From: Amoebophrya sp. A120
Lineage: Eukaryota > Protista > Dinoflagellata
DNA: 64,000 nt
Direction: 5' to 3'
NCBI GenBank assembly: GCA_905178155.1
Contig: CAJINV010000017.1
Span: 984,722 to 1,048,721, forward strand
The position numbers and the translations under genes were made by a program. The notes beneath the pieces are model-generated. The model had not been told where the DNA came from. It worked only from the letters and a program-made list of their open reading frames with translations, and did no database searches. Below, piece by piece: positions 48,353-60,025 of this stretch. Positions within the stretch are counted from its first letter, which is position 1. The number at the start of each line of letters is the position of its first letter.

Positions 48353-49458
48353 ATGGCTTCAACATCCGGAGGCAGATCGGGCGACGGTCGTGTGGCTTCA
48401 TCACCGGCGAGGTGCAGGAAAGAACTTCTTGAGAAAAAAGCATCTTTGCTCGGCCGTTTGCTGGATTGGTATAACCGCATGCTCGAGACCTACCCCTACG
48501 AAGCCAACGCCTACTCCACCGCGATTATCGGGGCTTTCGCAGACTTTCTCAGGCAGCTTTTGGTCTTTTACTTGGAGCAACGGAAAAATAGACGCACAAG
48601 TGCTCGTCCCGGTGTTGTTGCCGGCGCCGCTCCTGGCGGTGCCTCTTTCACATCTTCTGCGGCGACCCCAGGGGGCGGTCCGGCGGCGGGTGCAAAAATG
48701 CAACTATCAAATGTAAAAGTGTCTGGGTCTGGAAGAGTGCATGTTTGTCACGCTTGTCTGGCATGACTCTTAAATCTGTCACGCACGTTACCCAAGAGCG
48801 CCACTTTTTTGCCATGCAGAGACGCAGTTTGTCATGCAGAACCTAGAAGCTCAGAAACTTCTCATGCTGAGCCAGCACTTGTAGCCTCCTCATGATACGC
48901 CACCCAGCATCACAAGTTTCCAGACCCAGACACTTTTGCACTTGATAGCAACTACTCGCACACGAATTCTGGCAAAAGTTGGAGTTGAAATCCATTCTTG
49001 AGCAGTATCTCCTTGGCTTCGCGGTTTTGCACCCCGTTTGCTACTGGTTTTTCGAAAAGATCGAGGCCGTGTTTCACCCACCATCAACAGAAATCACTGA
49101 TAATGATAAACATAACGAAGTCCTCAGCAGCACGCGGAACAACAGCAAGAAGACCCCGACCCAGGAATTTTGGACTGCGTTTCAGAAGGTTTCCGTGGAA
49201 GAGCTGATCTTCGCCCCTGTTTTTAACCTGGTGTTTCTGACCTGTGAGGATGTGCTGCGAAGGAAATCCGTCGCGGAGGCCGTTCTGAGTTACTTCCGGA
49301 AATTCAAGCAATTGCAGCTGACAAACATGGCATTTTGGTACCCGACGAACATGGTGAACTTCTACGTTGTGCCACCGAAAAGTAGAATGCTTTTTGCCAA
49401 CTTGATGAATATCCTGTGGATGGTGTATCTCAGTATGAAAAGCAAGCAGGAAGGTTGA
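48353..49458 (+). CDS. Mpv17/PMP22 family membrane protein; exons 48353-48704, 48953-49458
   Basis: WYNRMLETYPYEANAYSTAIIGAFADFLRQ and KVSVEELIFAPVF...FWYPTNMVNFYVVPPKSRMLFANLMNILWMVYLS match the family pattern. Joined in frame across the TIR intron. Confidence 0.88.
48705..48947. mobile_element. TIR intron family C
   Basis: 30-bp TIR TATCAAATGTAAAAGTGTCTGGGTCTGGAA with 2 mismatches. Direct repeat GCAAC at 48700-48704 and 48948-48952. Highly similar along its length to 61028-61279. Confidence 0.93.
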
Positions 49459-50445
49459 GCAGGACTGCTACGTTTTATTTTTGTCGCTACTTTTTCAGAG
49501 AAAAACCAAAACGTAAAACAACCAACGAACTCAAAGTCAGAATCACGGCGGTCTGGATAGATTCGTGATCGTGTTCGAAGTACAGCGATGCAACATAAGT
49601 ACACCAGACCCAGAACCAAACTAACCCGCCGCGTCCAGTGCACGGAAATAGAGGTGTGCCGTGCTGGCTGTTACTGTTTGTTTGCATTGCATAATCGCTC
49701 CTGTCGTCCGACTCCGACCTCGATGCTACTCTTGATATTCTCGGAAAAAGAAAATTGCTCGGTTTAGTAGATGAGAATAGCTCCTAGTACGCGAGGACAC
49801 GTGTAGAAGTTGAGTTGCTAAAGGAGTGATCGAAGGTTTCCTCTGTAAGTGATAGATTGAACGCAGAGCGAGTTGGAAATGTACCAAGAGAGACACTATG
49901 AGACAGTCGTGGCAGGAGAGCTGAGCGAGTATGAAGACGAGGAGAGGCACGAAAACGAACTGTGACTCGTAAGCTGGAAAGGTGGACCTTTAAGAGGATG
50001 CATTTGATGTGTCACACGTCGACGTGTGCCACACGTCGACTCGCTTAAATCTTGATCGCACATCTTCGACAGGTTGTAATTGCAGCATGCACGACAACGT
50101 ATTTGCTTGTTTTTCCCTCGCATGATTCAACATACGAGTCGCAAAAAAAACAAATTCTACTTGTTCTCTGTAAGATAGTAGCGGCTATGCTGGCATCATG
50201 TGCAAGCACGCCCTCGACTTCTTGGAGTCGAGTAACATCCTCGAGTAGAAACCTTGTTGATCTTGATCCCTTGATATACTTGCCTTCACCCGAACTTGGA
50301 AGAAGAGCACCACGATAGGCCATGTGATACCACCCCGGTCGTGAATTATATCGTTCTAGGCTAGGTATAAGTATGTGATTCAACCTCCGAATTGTTGTTC
50401 CTTCCTAGTGTTGCGTAGAATTTTTGTTCAACAGCTGTCTTGAAA

Positions 50446-53189
50446 ATGACCGACGCAGGGTGGGAGCTGATCGATGACGAGAAAGTCATCGCTCTGCGGA
50501 ACGAACTGAAAAGCCTCAAGGACCAGCTAGAGGTACAGCTCATTTTTACTTTTTGTTCTGGATAGATAAAGATTTCTTGTCTACCCAGGCAGTAGGACCA
50601 CGAGAGAAGAAAAATATTTATATTTGCAGGTGGACGTCGACCTCGACCCTTTCTCGCTCATTCGTTCTTGTCGTTGCTAGCTCATTTTCCCCCAATAAAC
50701 TTTAACTTTTGTTTTTTTTGACACAAGGACACTAAAGCTCCTCGACGTCCGACAGGAGCATGCATCATGTATGATATGCATATGGAAAAAAGATCTAAAT
50801 CCGAAATAGTAATAGTGAATGCCCGCAAAATTGTGTTGAATCAACTATCAGGCGGAGAAACAAAAGACATTGGATACCGCGGCCCGATTTGAGCGCGAAG
50901 CCGTAGAGGCTGCCAACGAGCATGGCAAGAAGCTGGAGGCGCAGCGGTCGGAGGTGGACTCCTGGCGGCAACGATTGGATGAGGAAAAAACCGCGAGAAA
51001 GGAGCGGGAACTGATGCTGCACGAGCAGCTAAGTAACGAGAAGAAGCAGCTAGAGACCGCGCTGAAGGAAAAGCAAAAACTCGCCGAAGAATGCGCAAAC
51101 CTGAAAACAGTGCACGAGGTACAAGAAGAAGACTTGATTGTGATGTTGTTGTTGAGGAACAATCAAATCATCTTATCTAGTGTTTAATATGTTCTTTCAA
51201 CAGTTATCATGTAAGTATGACAGGTTTGTAAGTACAACAGTACGCAGCTGTTGAACTACGTTCATCATGTTGCACAAAAATGTCTCTACTACTTGTCGTG
51301 ATGGGCCCCACTTGGCTTTCATCGTGTAACTCCGCATCGAGGAGCGCGACGCACGAGAAGCGTCCTCCGTTTTGTTGCCCACCTCGGAAGTGATTCTTGA
51401 TCATTTATACTGCATCAGGCCGAGTCCAAGAACGCCTTGGCAGCCACGGAGAACCAGCAGAAGCATTTTCACAGCATGTTGGACCAGGAGCGCGCCTCCG
51501 CTGCCGCGTCCATTCGCGACATTGTCGAGAAGCAGCAGAAGCAGGAGCAACAGGCGAGCCGGGAGTTTGCCAATCAGCTGGACGAGTTGAAAAAGCAGCT
51601 CCAGGAGGAGAAGAAGCAGTCCGAACAGATATCCTGAGTAAAAACATCTCCACCCCGGAGCTGTCATGCAGATTTGCAATTGCAGGAAGATTTGTAATGC
51701 GCACCCCCATGAGAGGCATTTCCAGTCGTGTTTTTGGAATTTCTGATGCTGCAAACAGGATGGGTAGATGGGTTTGTGATGCGGCTGCACTTGCTAGACT
51801 GCACTACAATGCAGAGAGGAACAAACTTGTCATGCGTGACTCCCAAAGCTTCTGGATTTGTGTTGCGAGAAGATCCCCATCTTGACTCTGGCGTGGGGAC
51901 GTTTTTAGACAGGATAACAGAAGCTGCAGGAGGAAAAGACCAAGGCGCACGAAGCCAAGCGGAACTGGCACAAGACCGCGGAAATCGAGAAGCGCACCTT
52001 CGAACTGGAGAAGCGAAAAGCCTCCGACGAGCTGGAGAAGGTGAAGCAGCAGCTGGCGCAGGCGGAGCGCGAGAAGTCGATGCTGGAGCAGGCGAAGCGG
52101 TTAGACGAGGAGAAAAAGCAGGAGCAGGTGCAGTTCTACGTGAAAAAGAACGAGGTGATGGAGCAAGAAGTGCAGAACTTCAAGCAAGAGGCGGTGACCA
52201 GCAGGAAGGAGCGGGACGCCTTCGAAAACGCGGTGGGCAATCTGAAGAACGAGCGCGACCAGCTGAAAAACTCGGCCGCCGGGATTGAGGCGGAGTTGAA
52301 GCAGTGCCGGGAAACGCTGAAGTCTCTGGAAGCGAGCAACGCGATGCTCAAGTCTAGTTGTTTTTAAACACTTTTTCTATGAGTAGACTACGAACGTAGT
52401 AACACTTATTTGTTCTTTTTCGTATCAGACTGAGACTGAGGCCATCCGCCATCAAGCCTTGCTGTATTGATTGTATTTTCACCGTGCATGATTTTTACAC
52501 TCAATACCAATATTACGAGTGCCACCACTACTAGCCACCCATGACAGACAGACGATCTAACCTGAGTCAACATTTCTATGCACCATCAAAGAAACCCCAA
52601 ACTCCTATTTCAGATGCTCCGCAAGCTCTTCGGAGGAAGCAACGAAGCAGTTGGAAAAGGAACTCGAGAAGAAAGCGATGGACGGGTCCCAATTGCACAC
52701 CGAAAACCAACAGCTGAAGCACCAAATCGAGGAGCTGAACCGGTCCATAAACGCGTCGAACCAGCAGAACGAGGCGATTGAGAGGGATAACAAGCAAACG
52801 CTCGAGAAGATGCAAAAAGCGGTGGAGGAGCTGACCGCCGAAAAGAAAAAGATCGAACACGAACGCGACGAGGTCAAGACGAATTACGTGGAGTTGTATC
52901 CACAAAAAAACACCCATCCCCATAACATTCCACCAATCTGTCATCTTCGTGCAAAACATGCTGTATCAAATTCAAATCTCGCACTAGCCATGCAGAAAAT
53001 GAATGGGAGTATGGGTGTTTTTTGCTGGATAAGTTGGTGGAGACCACCAAGAGGTCGCTGGAGGCCGAAAACACGAAACTGCGGTCGGAGAAGGAGGAAC
53101 TGAGTCAGGAGATGTCGCAGCTAAAGACGGAAATGCAGGCACAGCAGAACGAGCTGGACATGTATCGGAAACTACGGGAGATGGACTGA
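50446..53189 (+). CDS. Long coiled-coil protein; exons 50446-50532, 50852-51118, 51419-51629, 51922-52351, 52614-52896, 53037-53189
   Basis: Continuous E/K/Q/L heptad-rich frame from MTDAGWELIDDEKV to MYRKLREMD* after removing three GT-AG introns and two TIR introns. Confidence 0.82.
51630..51916. mobile_element. TIR intron family B2
   Basis: TATCCTGAGTAAAAAC / GTTTTTAGACAGGATA. Direct repeat ACAGA at 51625-51629 and 51917-51921. Frame restored (SEQ|KLQEEK). Confidence 0.9.
52897..53031. mobile_element. TIR intron family B, reverse orientation
   Basis: TATCCACAAAAAAACACCCAT / ATGGGTGTTTTTTGCTGGATA. Direct repeat AGTTG at 52892-52896 and 53032-53036. Frame restored (YVEL|VETTKR). Confidence 0.9.
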
Positions 53190-55837
53190 AAATGCTGGTA
53201 TTGACAAGAAAGACGCGGTGTGCATGTGCTTTAGCATCTTGGATCTTGCTCACCTCCCTCGTCGCATGACGCCGCAAAACATTTCTAATTCTAGCACATG
53301 CTGTCAAGAAATTGAAGTATCTTTTTTGCAGATGAGCTGCAGCCAGCGTACTATACTCTGACTCAATACAAACAGCTACATTAACTTTTCTTCATCATTA
53401 ACCTTATGCAGAGCTGAATTTTTAGACATGGGTACTTAATGTCACCGCTTTGAGCCCCCGTCGGTCGTCGTCGTCGTCCACGACTACAACTTACCCGCGT
53501 AGTAGCCCCGCGCTTTGCGCTCTTGTCTTCGTGTTGCTCATCAAATGCCCTTGTGCTTGTTCATTCTATGCTGAAAAGCTCCTACCAGTTAGCACATGAG
53601 CAGACCCATTTTTGACTTTTGGAAGATTCCTAGCCCAGGCTTGTTTCTATTGAAACTGTTGATCATACGAAGGAAAGGACTTCTAGTTTTTTTCTTACAG
53701 CGCATATGTACGGACTTCAACACTTCCACCCGTACTCGTACAATATTTCGGACGATTCTATCGTCCAAAGAATTAATAAAGCCCAAACGAGGAGGTGGAG
53801 GAGGACGAGGACGAGGAGCCCGCGGCGAGCAAAGTTAAGCCTCGTTCGAACTGCGTCTCCGCTGTAGAGCTTTCTGCGTCATCAGTTTCGTGGTCAAGAG
53901 CTGACTCTGACTCAATTAGGTTTAGACGTGTTGAACATGTAGGAAGAACTTCACATGATACAGCTAGCTGTGTTTTTGACTTTTGGACTCCGAATTTTTT
54001 CCCAACGACATGAATGAACATTTTTCACAAGAACAAAACTCAGACCGATAGACCGGGCTACGTTTTGAAAAGCGAAACTTTCCGGATAGTAGCGAGAGGA
54101 AATCTTCCTAGTTCGTTGTTAAAGTTACCCCCTGAATGAGAATGTCGCATACATTTGAAGTTGATCAATTTTTTTTGTTTATCGCAAAAGTAAAAAGATA
54201 TATATGACTCCAAAATTACAGCCTTGCTCCTGGTCTCTATCTCAATCTTTATTCATCAGTAGAGCAACATCGAAGCTCACCGCTGCAGCGGGAGCAGTAG
54301 CTGGTGTCTTTGCTGCTGGTAGAAGCTCTTGATGTGACGATAAAGAGCAGGCAGGTCGTATTTTGTCTGATTCCTTCCCCCGGTTCATTTCCCTACTTCC
54401 CCCGACCGTTCTTTACTTGGAAATTAAATTTGAATCGCAAATTATGTTGAGAAAAATAAGCTATAGCCTAGATAGATTCCCAACGCTTGAAAATTAGAAG
54501 TAAACCTAAATGTTGTAAGTATCTATGTAGTGTTAGTGTCCACCACGTCCACGACCAGTCCGGCGGGTAGTAAGTTTGAGGTGCTGGAGTTAGTCGCGTC
54601 CTCGTTGTGTCTGAGAAGAGACAACAAGGAAGGGTCTTCTCTCTGTTGTGTCGCCACATCCAGTGACGGTCTTTGTGTGTTATTGGAAAGAAGGCAGGAG
54701 CGCTGCCGGCCCCGGCAAGAGCGTGTGGGTTGACTAAGACCCCGCTGTGGCGATGAAGATTCTTGTTACGACCACGCCGCTGATTTTGAATTTGATATCG
54801 CAAGCGCAAGAACAAATACCTCGCCGTAGCTCTAACCCCAGCAAGAAATCGAGCCTTTTTCACAGTGGAGGTGGACAGGCGTTTACTTCACGCTAGTACT
54901 GAAGGCTTCTCTACTTTCAAGAAAAACAAGAGAAATTGGTCCTCATCCATCCATCGTCTTCCAGATCATGGTGGAAATAACGATAAAGGAGGTATCATTT
55001 TTTCGTGCCGCTAACGAAACTTCGGGTGGGGCCTCGCGCCATCGTGATCCTTGCTGTTCATCATTCCACGTTCAACATCTTCGATTGTTGCGTTTTACGC
55101 AGCTGATGTTGAAGATGTTAATGCAAATAGTTTTCCTTGCTTCTTATTGGACCCCGTTTGGTCTGTGTAAGTTTATTTTGCCTATGCTTATTGTTGTAAG
55201 TATGTACTTCTCTCAAGAATAAAATGAGAGAATTGAGTTCAATTTCAAACGAGGATAACTTGTGAGTGTCATTTCCATTCTTCTCCTGTTTTCGCTTTCA
55301 TTTACCCGTCAAGAAATGTTTTCTATTTTGCGACAAAAACAAGTGAAAATCTGTTTCAACCGACCGTCCTGTATCAGTGCATTCGAACAAGAGGGAACAA
55401 AAATAGATAAACAAAAAAATAGTACAAGCATCTTTATGACCCTGGCCAGCACGCAGCACGACCACGTTCGTCGTCGTCCCATCGCAGAGCGTGGTGCTGC
55501 GCTAGTGATTGTCCTGTCAAAAAAATTATGACGGCTAACCGCAAAACGTCAAGATGGTCTTGCCTTTGACGCGTTTTCGCATTGAAGATCGTGTGCGTTG
55601 GCCAGCTCGTGCACCTCCAGAGTTGTTGTGTGCGAAAGAACGCATCTTCAAAAATCTCTGTTGACGTCCTCAGCCTGTCGTCCTGCCGCTGCTTATAAAA
55701 AAACGCTGCGCGATTTGGGAATAAACGTTGTTGGGCGGTGAAAAGAATAATCACCGGGGGAAAATAGGAGAAGTTCTTGCGCCTACTGGTTCGAGATCGA
55801 GGAGGAAGTTTCTGCAACGAGCTGAAGCCTGCCAAAA

Positions 55838-58726
55838 ATGACACTCTGGATCCTGCAGAATGTGGTCCTCTTCCGCAGTCCGTACGAGCGGGTTTTCATC
55901 GCCCCCCGGGCTTCCGCCGGCTACTGCGTCTGGCTCGCGTGCACGATTGCGATACTGCTCTTGCCAATTTTTCTCGCTTATCAACTGGTACAAACATGTA
56001 GCTCATCTCCCTCTCAGCGGCAGTGTGAGAAAAAAAATTTTTTTCATGAGAAGCCATAGTCAAGAACATCTTGTTCCCGCGACAACAAAGTCGTGGTGAT
56101 TATGGACCTTGCAGCTGCACTGCTGGTTCGTCATGGTCATGTTGTATGAAGAAGACACACAAAGTCAAAGGCAATGACAAAGTTTTGTTCGCGAACGGCA
56201 TCGATCCATATAAATATCTCGCACACGACTTGGTCGCCGTGAGTGTGACACGCGAACCTCTGAGGACTACATGTTTGCAGTGGATATCGTTTACGCTTCC
56301 GGGGGACTGTGGATAAAAGAGGCGTTTTACAGGGAGCAGCCGTACTTTGATGGTTATTCTCTGTCCTTTTTAAAACTTGCTTTAAAAGAGCAACTTGCTC
56401 GTGCTGTAGCTGTACTATGGAAGTGCTTGTTTTGTGGATAATTTCGTCATCAATGTCAGCAAGTGCACCGTGTTGTGATGTGCTGCAAGTGTGAGATTCC
56501 ACGATGCCACAGCACTTCCAATTGACAACAAAACGTGAACATCAGTGTTGTCCGATTCAACCACGACATGGTCGTTGCCGTCCAGGGAGACAATACCGCC
56601 GGTTTTTGGAGCACTATCCCATGAAAAATCACTCTAGGAGGAGGAGCACATGATCCACCTGTATCACTCTCCCAACCGGAATTCTAAGATTTGTAATGCG
56701 AAGACGGACCACGACCCTGCACCGCGCGCAAGTGCGCCACGATCTGTGCCTTCTTGCGTTTTATTTTCCGTTATGCATGTACTCAAATGGACCCTTAGCA
56801 TCGGAGCGTAAGTGCTACTCCTAGACTCGAGAGTGGTTTTGCATAGCATACGTACGGACGTGAAGCTAAACGAATTGAATGCGAACTCCGTGAAAGTGCC
56901 AGCTGTCAGGTACTTAAGTCGCTTCACCGTCTTCTTTGTTGCTCGTGAAGTGGTAAAGCGACGAGCAATTTGCTTTTGCATTTGTATCTTCTACGAAACA
57001 CATAGATGAAGAAAGTGAATCGTCAAATGATCTACAGCGCGTACTTCTGCATCATTTCATCAGGTGATAATTTCTGTCCTTCACCATTCAACGCAGGTAT
57101 CAAGAGCTCGACAAGGACGTAGACGGAATACCCGACGAGCTGATAGTGAAGGTCTCGATGCCCGTTGCAGAGCCAGCAAAGCGAGTGCTGTTTCTGGGCG
57201 CGTTTCGATACCAGTTATCCGGAACCGTAAAAATGAACATGAAGGGCCTCTTAGCCTGCGACGAGTCAAGCGGGCTGGGAGCGTCAGGTATGAAGATAGA
57301 GATAGTATCGATGATGTGATGGACGCCGGGCGGCAGGGGCTCAGCTGCTTTTCCAGGACCATCTTCTTCGTGACCACGTTACTTTCACGTCAGTCTGTGC
57401 AAGCAAAAAACTGTACATAGCTGCAATTTCTTTTTCTATTTCTTGCTGTGACATTGATATTGATTCGACGCGCTGAAGAAACCTCGATGACGAGAGATGA
57501 TCTTTCTCTGCGCAGAAATTGTTTTCTTCCGAAATTGGTTTGTCCAGGTGTCACACTGCAGGGCAGTGTCGAGCTTAGTCAAGCAGAGGCTCTGCGTAGT
57601 TTATCGGAGCCACGAACAAAATACATCGCGAGTCCCCTGGCCTGGAGCTGGGAAAGCAGCACCGCCTACACCAAGCTTGACCCCTTCACGTTCCCCGCGT
57701 TACTAGAGCAGTACTCACAAAGGAATGAGACAATAAGGTAAAGCACATTTTTATAATCTGTTTTCACCAGAACAACATAGCCTGTTTCTAAAATGACCCG
57801 CTTTCGCGTTTCCTCAAAAGATGTACTCGTAGCTGTCTACTTTTAGAGATGACAACTTGAAGCGTAAACTACTTTCGTCTACTTTGGCTTCATCGGCAGG
57901 CTCCGCCCCGACCTCCCAGCGGTCTGGAGCTACCAACCTTCGAACACCTTTGATCTCGAATATCATCCAGAAAAAGATGTCTACGAGAGTCGCACGTTGC
58001 CTAGGTCGAAATCGATGCATGTGCCGCGCGCTAATATTACTGGAGAGTCATTCCGGTTACGACGCAAACTTGATTTGTATTGCCAGATTTTTTTCAGTAC
58101 TTGGATTTGTGGTCGTATGTCTTATTGTAGAACGAAAAGGTGGAGTGACAACTTGCTAGTAGGGATTGCGATTGCCCCCCTAACTCGACTTCGTGCGACC
58201 ACTACGAGCATTATTTTTCCGTACCATGTTGCAATGAGGGCCCAGATACCGAAGCAAGTCGTGTACTACACGCCCGTATCCAGAAAAAAAAAACCATCCC
58301 CATCCATTTTTAGCATGACAAACACTGCACTCTATGCAGGTTTTGCATGACAAATTGGATGTGGATGGGTGTTTTTTTCTGGATAGCCCGGGGCGCTGGA
58401 GGAGCTGAAGCACGGGTGGGTGCACATTGCCAGTTTCCTCTTCCCGGTGTACCTGCTGATCTATATGCATTGCAAAACTATCGCACTCGTACAAAAAATT
58501 CACATACTTTTTTTTTTCAAAAGGAAAAGGCCTTCAAATTGATGCTGCCCCAAATGTAGAAACTAGATTTGTCATAGAGCAGTACTGGTGAATTTCTAGG
58601 AGTGCGATACTTTTGCACTGGATAGCCTACGCCTTCCTGCGATTTCTGTACACCAATCAGATCGTGCAGACGTACTGCTGCACGCAACTTCCCTACGTAA
58701 ACTCGAAGGCGAGTGGTGGGGGATAG
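55838..58726 (+). CDS. TMEM231: TMEM231 ciliary transition-zone membrane protein, about 10 exons
   Basis: Collinear family motifs: LFRSPYERVF..LPIFLAY; GLWIKEAFYREQP|VVRFNH; FWST|DVKLNEL..VKVPAV; ELDKDVDGIPD; YSQRNET; VYYTP|GALEELKHGWVH; FLYTNQIV. Interrupted by GT-AG introns and four TIR introns. The intron near 58056-58238 is uncertain. Confidence 0.88.
55989..56279. mobile_element. Degenerate TIR intron family G
   Basis: TACAAACATGTAG / CTACATGTTTGCA. 4-nt flanks CTGG and GTGG. Removing 295 nt puts the TMEM231 GLWIK motif in frame. Confidence 0.65.
56615..56850. mobile_element. TIR intron family H
   Basis: TATCCCATGAAAAATCACTCT / AGAGTGGTTTTGCATAGCATA (17 of 21). Flanks AGCAC and CGTAC. 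Restores WST|DVKLN. Confidence 0.75.
58277..58385. mobile_element. TIR intron family B
   Basis: TATCCAGAAAAAAA..CCATCC / GGATGGGTGTTTTTTTCTGGATA. Direct repeat GCCCG at 58272-58276 and 58386-58390. Same length (109 bp) and similar interior to the 37685 copy. Confidence 0.92.
58464..58624. mobile_element. TIR intron family E
   Basis: TATGCATTGCAAAACTATCGCACTC / GAGTGCGATACTTTTGCACTGGATA (22 of 25). Flanks ATCTA and GCCTA. Restores LLIY|AFLRFLYTNQIV. Confidence 0.85.
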
Positions 58727-60025
58727 AGAAAGGCTCGGGGCGCGCTGATGCAAAGGAGGGTCTTAAGAATATTTATGAATATTCCTCTCCTGCTTGCTTA
58801 TTCGTGGAAAAATCCAAACGAAAATCTAAAAGCAGGCGCAAGGAAACGCATAGAAAGAAACTAGTTTCGTTTCTTGGCGGAAAAAGATAAGAATAAGATA
58901 AAGATTTTGGTTGACCAGAACTTCGCTCTCTAATTCCTTTGATACCTCGTGTTAGTGTCCTCCGAGATCGAGATGGTCCGGAACCTCGTCACAATTTAGA
59001 TTCAAACAGAAACAATAAAGGAGCACGATCAACAAAGTACGTGCCTCTGCCTCATTTGTAGATTCACGGTTTGGGCAGGTAGTAGGATAAGTAGTGAAAG
59101 AACCACGAAGCTCTTTTCGACGCTAAAAAATGCATTTGTGTGTTGCCTGCAGACCTAGTACCACAAAGATGGCTTCTAGTAGTAGCAGCAGACTGGAAGA
59201 ACATTCCAAAGCCACAGGAAATGCTACACTCTTCGCCCTCCTAGTCGCGTTGCTACGCGGGCTTGCGCGTGCGTCACGCGTAGTACATTTCGTGTGTTTA
59301 TGGCACCGTCGGAGGACTTGGCGGGAATTTGTTTTTGCAGCGCACAGCGAGAATGACTTTCATAGAAGCCGCAGTCCCTGCTACGACGCACACACGCACA
59401 AAGAAGAAGAAGAGAACGACGGGAACAAGACATGATGCCGTCGTCTAGTGCTGTGAAGAATCGTGCGATTGTGTGCATCTTCGTGAATGTGCAAAAAAAA
59501 GATTAATTGGAAGCGCGGTGAACAACCAAAATGAAAATCTCCAAATATTGAGCTCCGCGCCGGTGGTCGTGTAGAGTACGTAGCATCACAAGAGCTGTGT
59601 GCGGGAGGTCTTCTTGGTTTAGTCGACATAGACATACAATATTACCCTCAAAAGAGCTCGAGAGAAGAAATTTACAACCGCCGCTGCGTGGAGGGGTAAT
59701 TAAAAGTATGACTCAAGCACTACTAGCTCTAGTGCTTTTATTATTTCTTGCATATGTTGTCACTTTGCATGATCGTTGTGAGTTGTGTCTGTCCCATTAC
59801 TCGCCCCTTGCGAATAAATGGAAACAGGTCCTCCAGAAACAATGAAGCTGTATTTCTGAACGAATTATTATGCCGTACATGTGTAAAGGAGTTTTACTTT
59901 TAGCACAATAAATTATTGCAATTTCTCGTGCGTGATCCTCTTCGCTGACGACATAAAAAAAACCGCATTGTACGAAGTAAAATATCTAGCCAGAGCAAGA
60001 ATTAAAACTCAGAGTCAAACCAAGG

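Noticed and set aside
11929-56850. Possible bias of TIR mismatches toward G-U pairs on the transcribed strand
   Set aside because: A rough hand count gave about 16 wobble-compatible versus 12 A-C mismatches, which is not convincing. It needs a genome-wide test.
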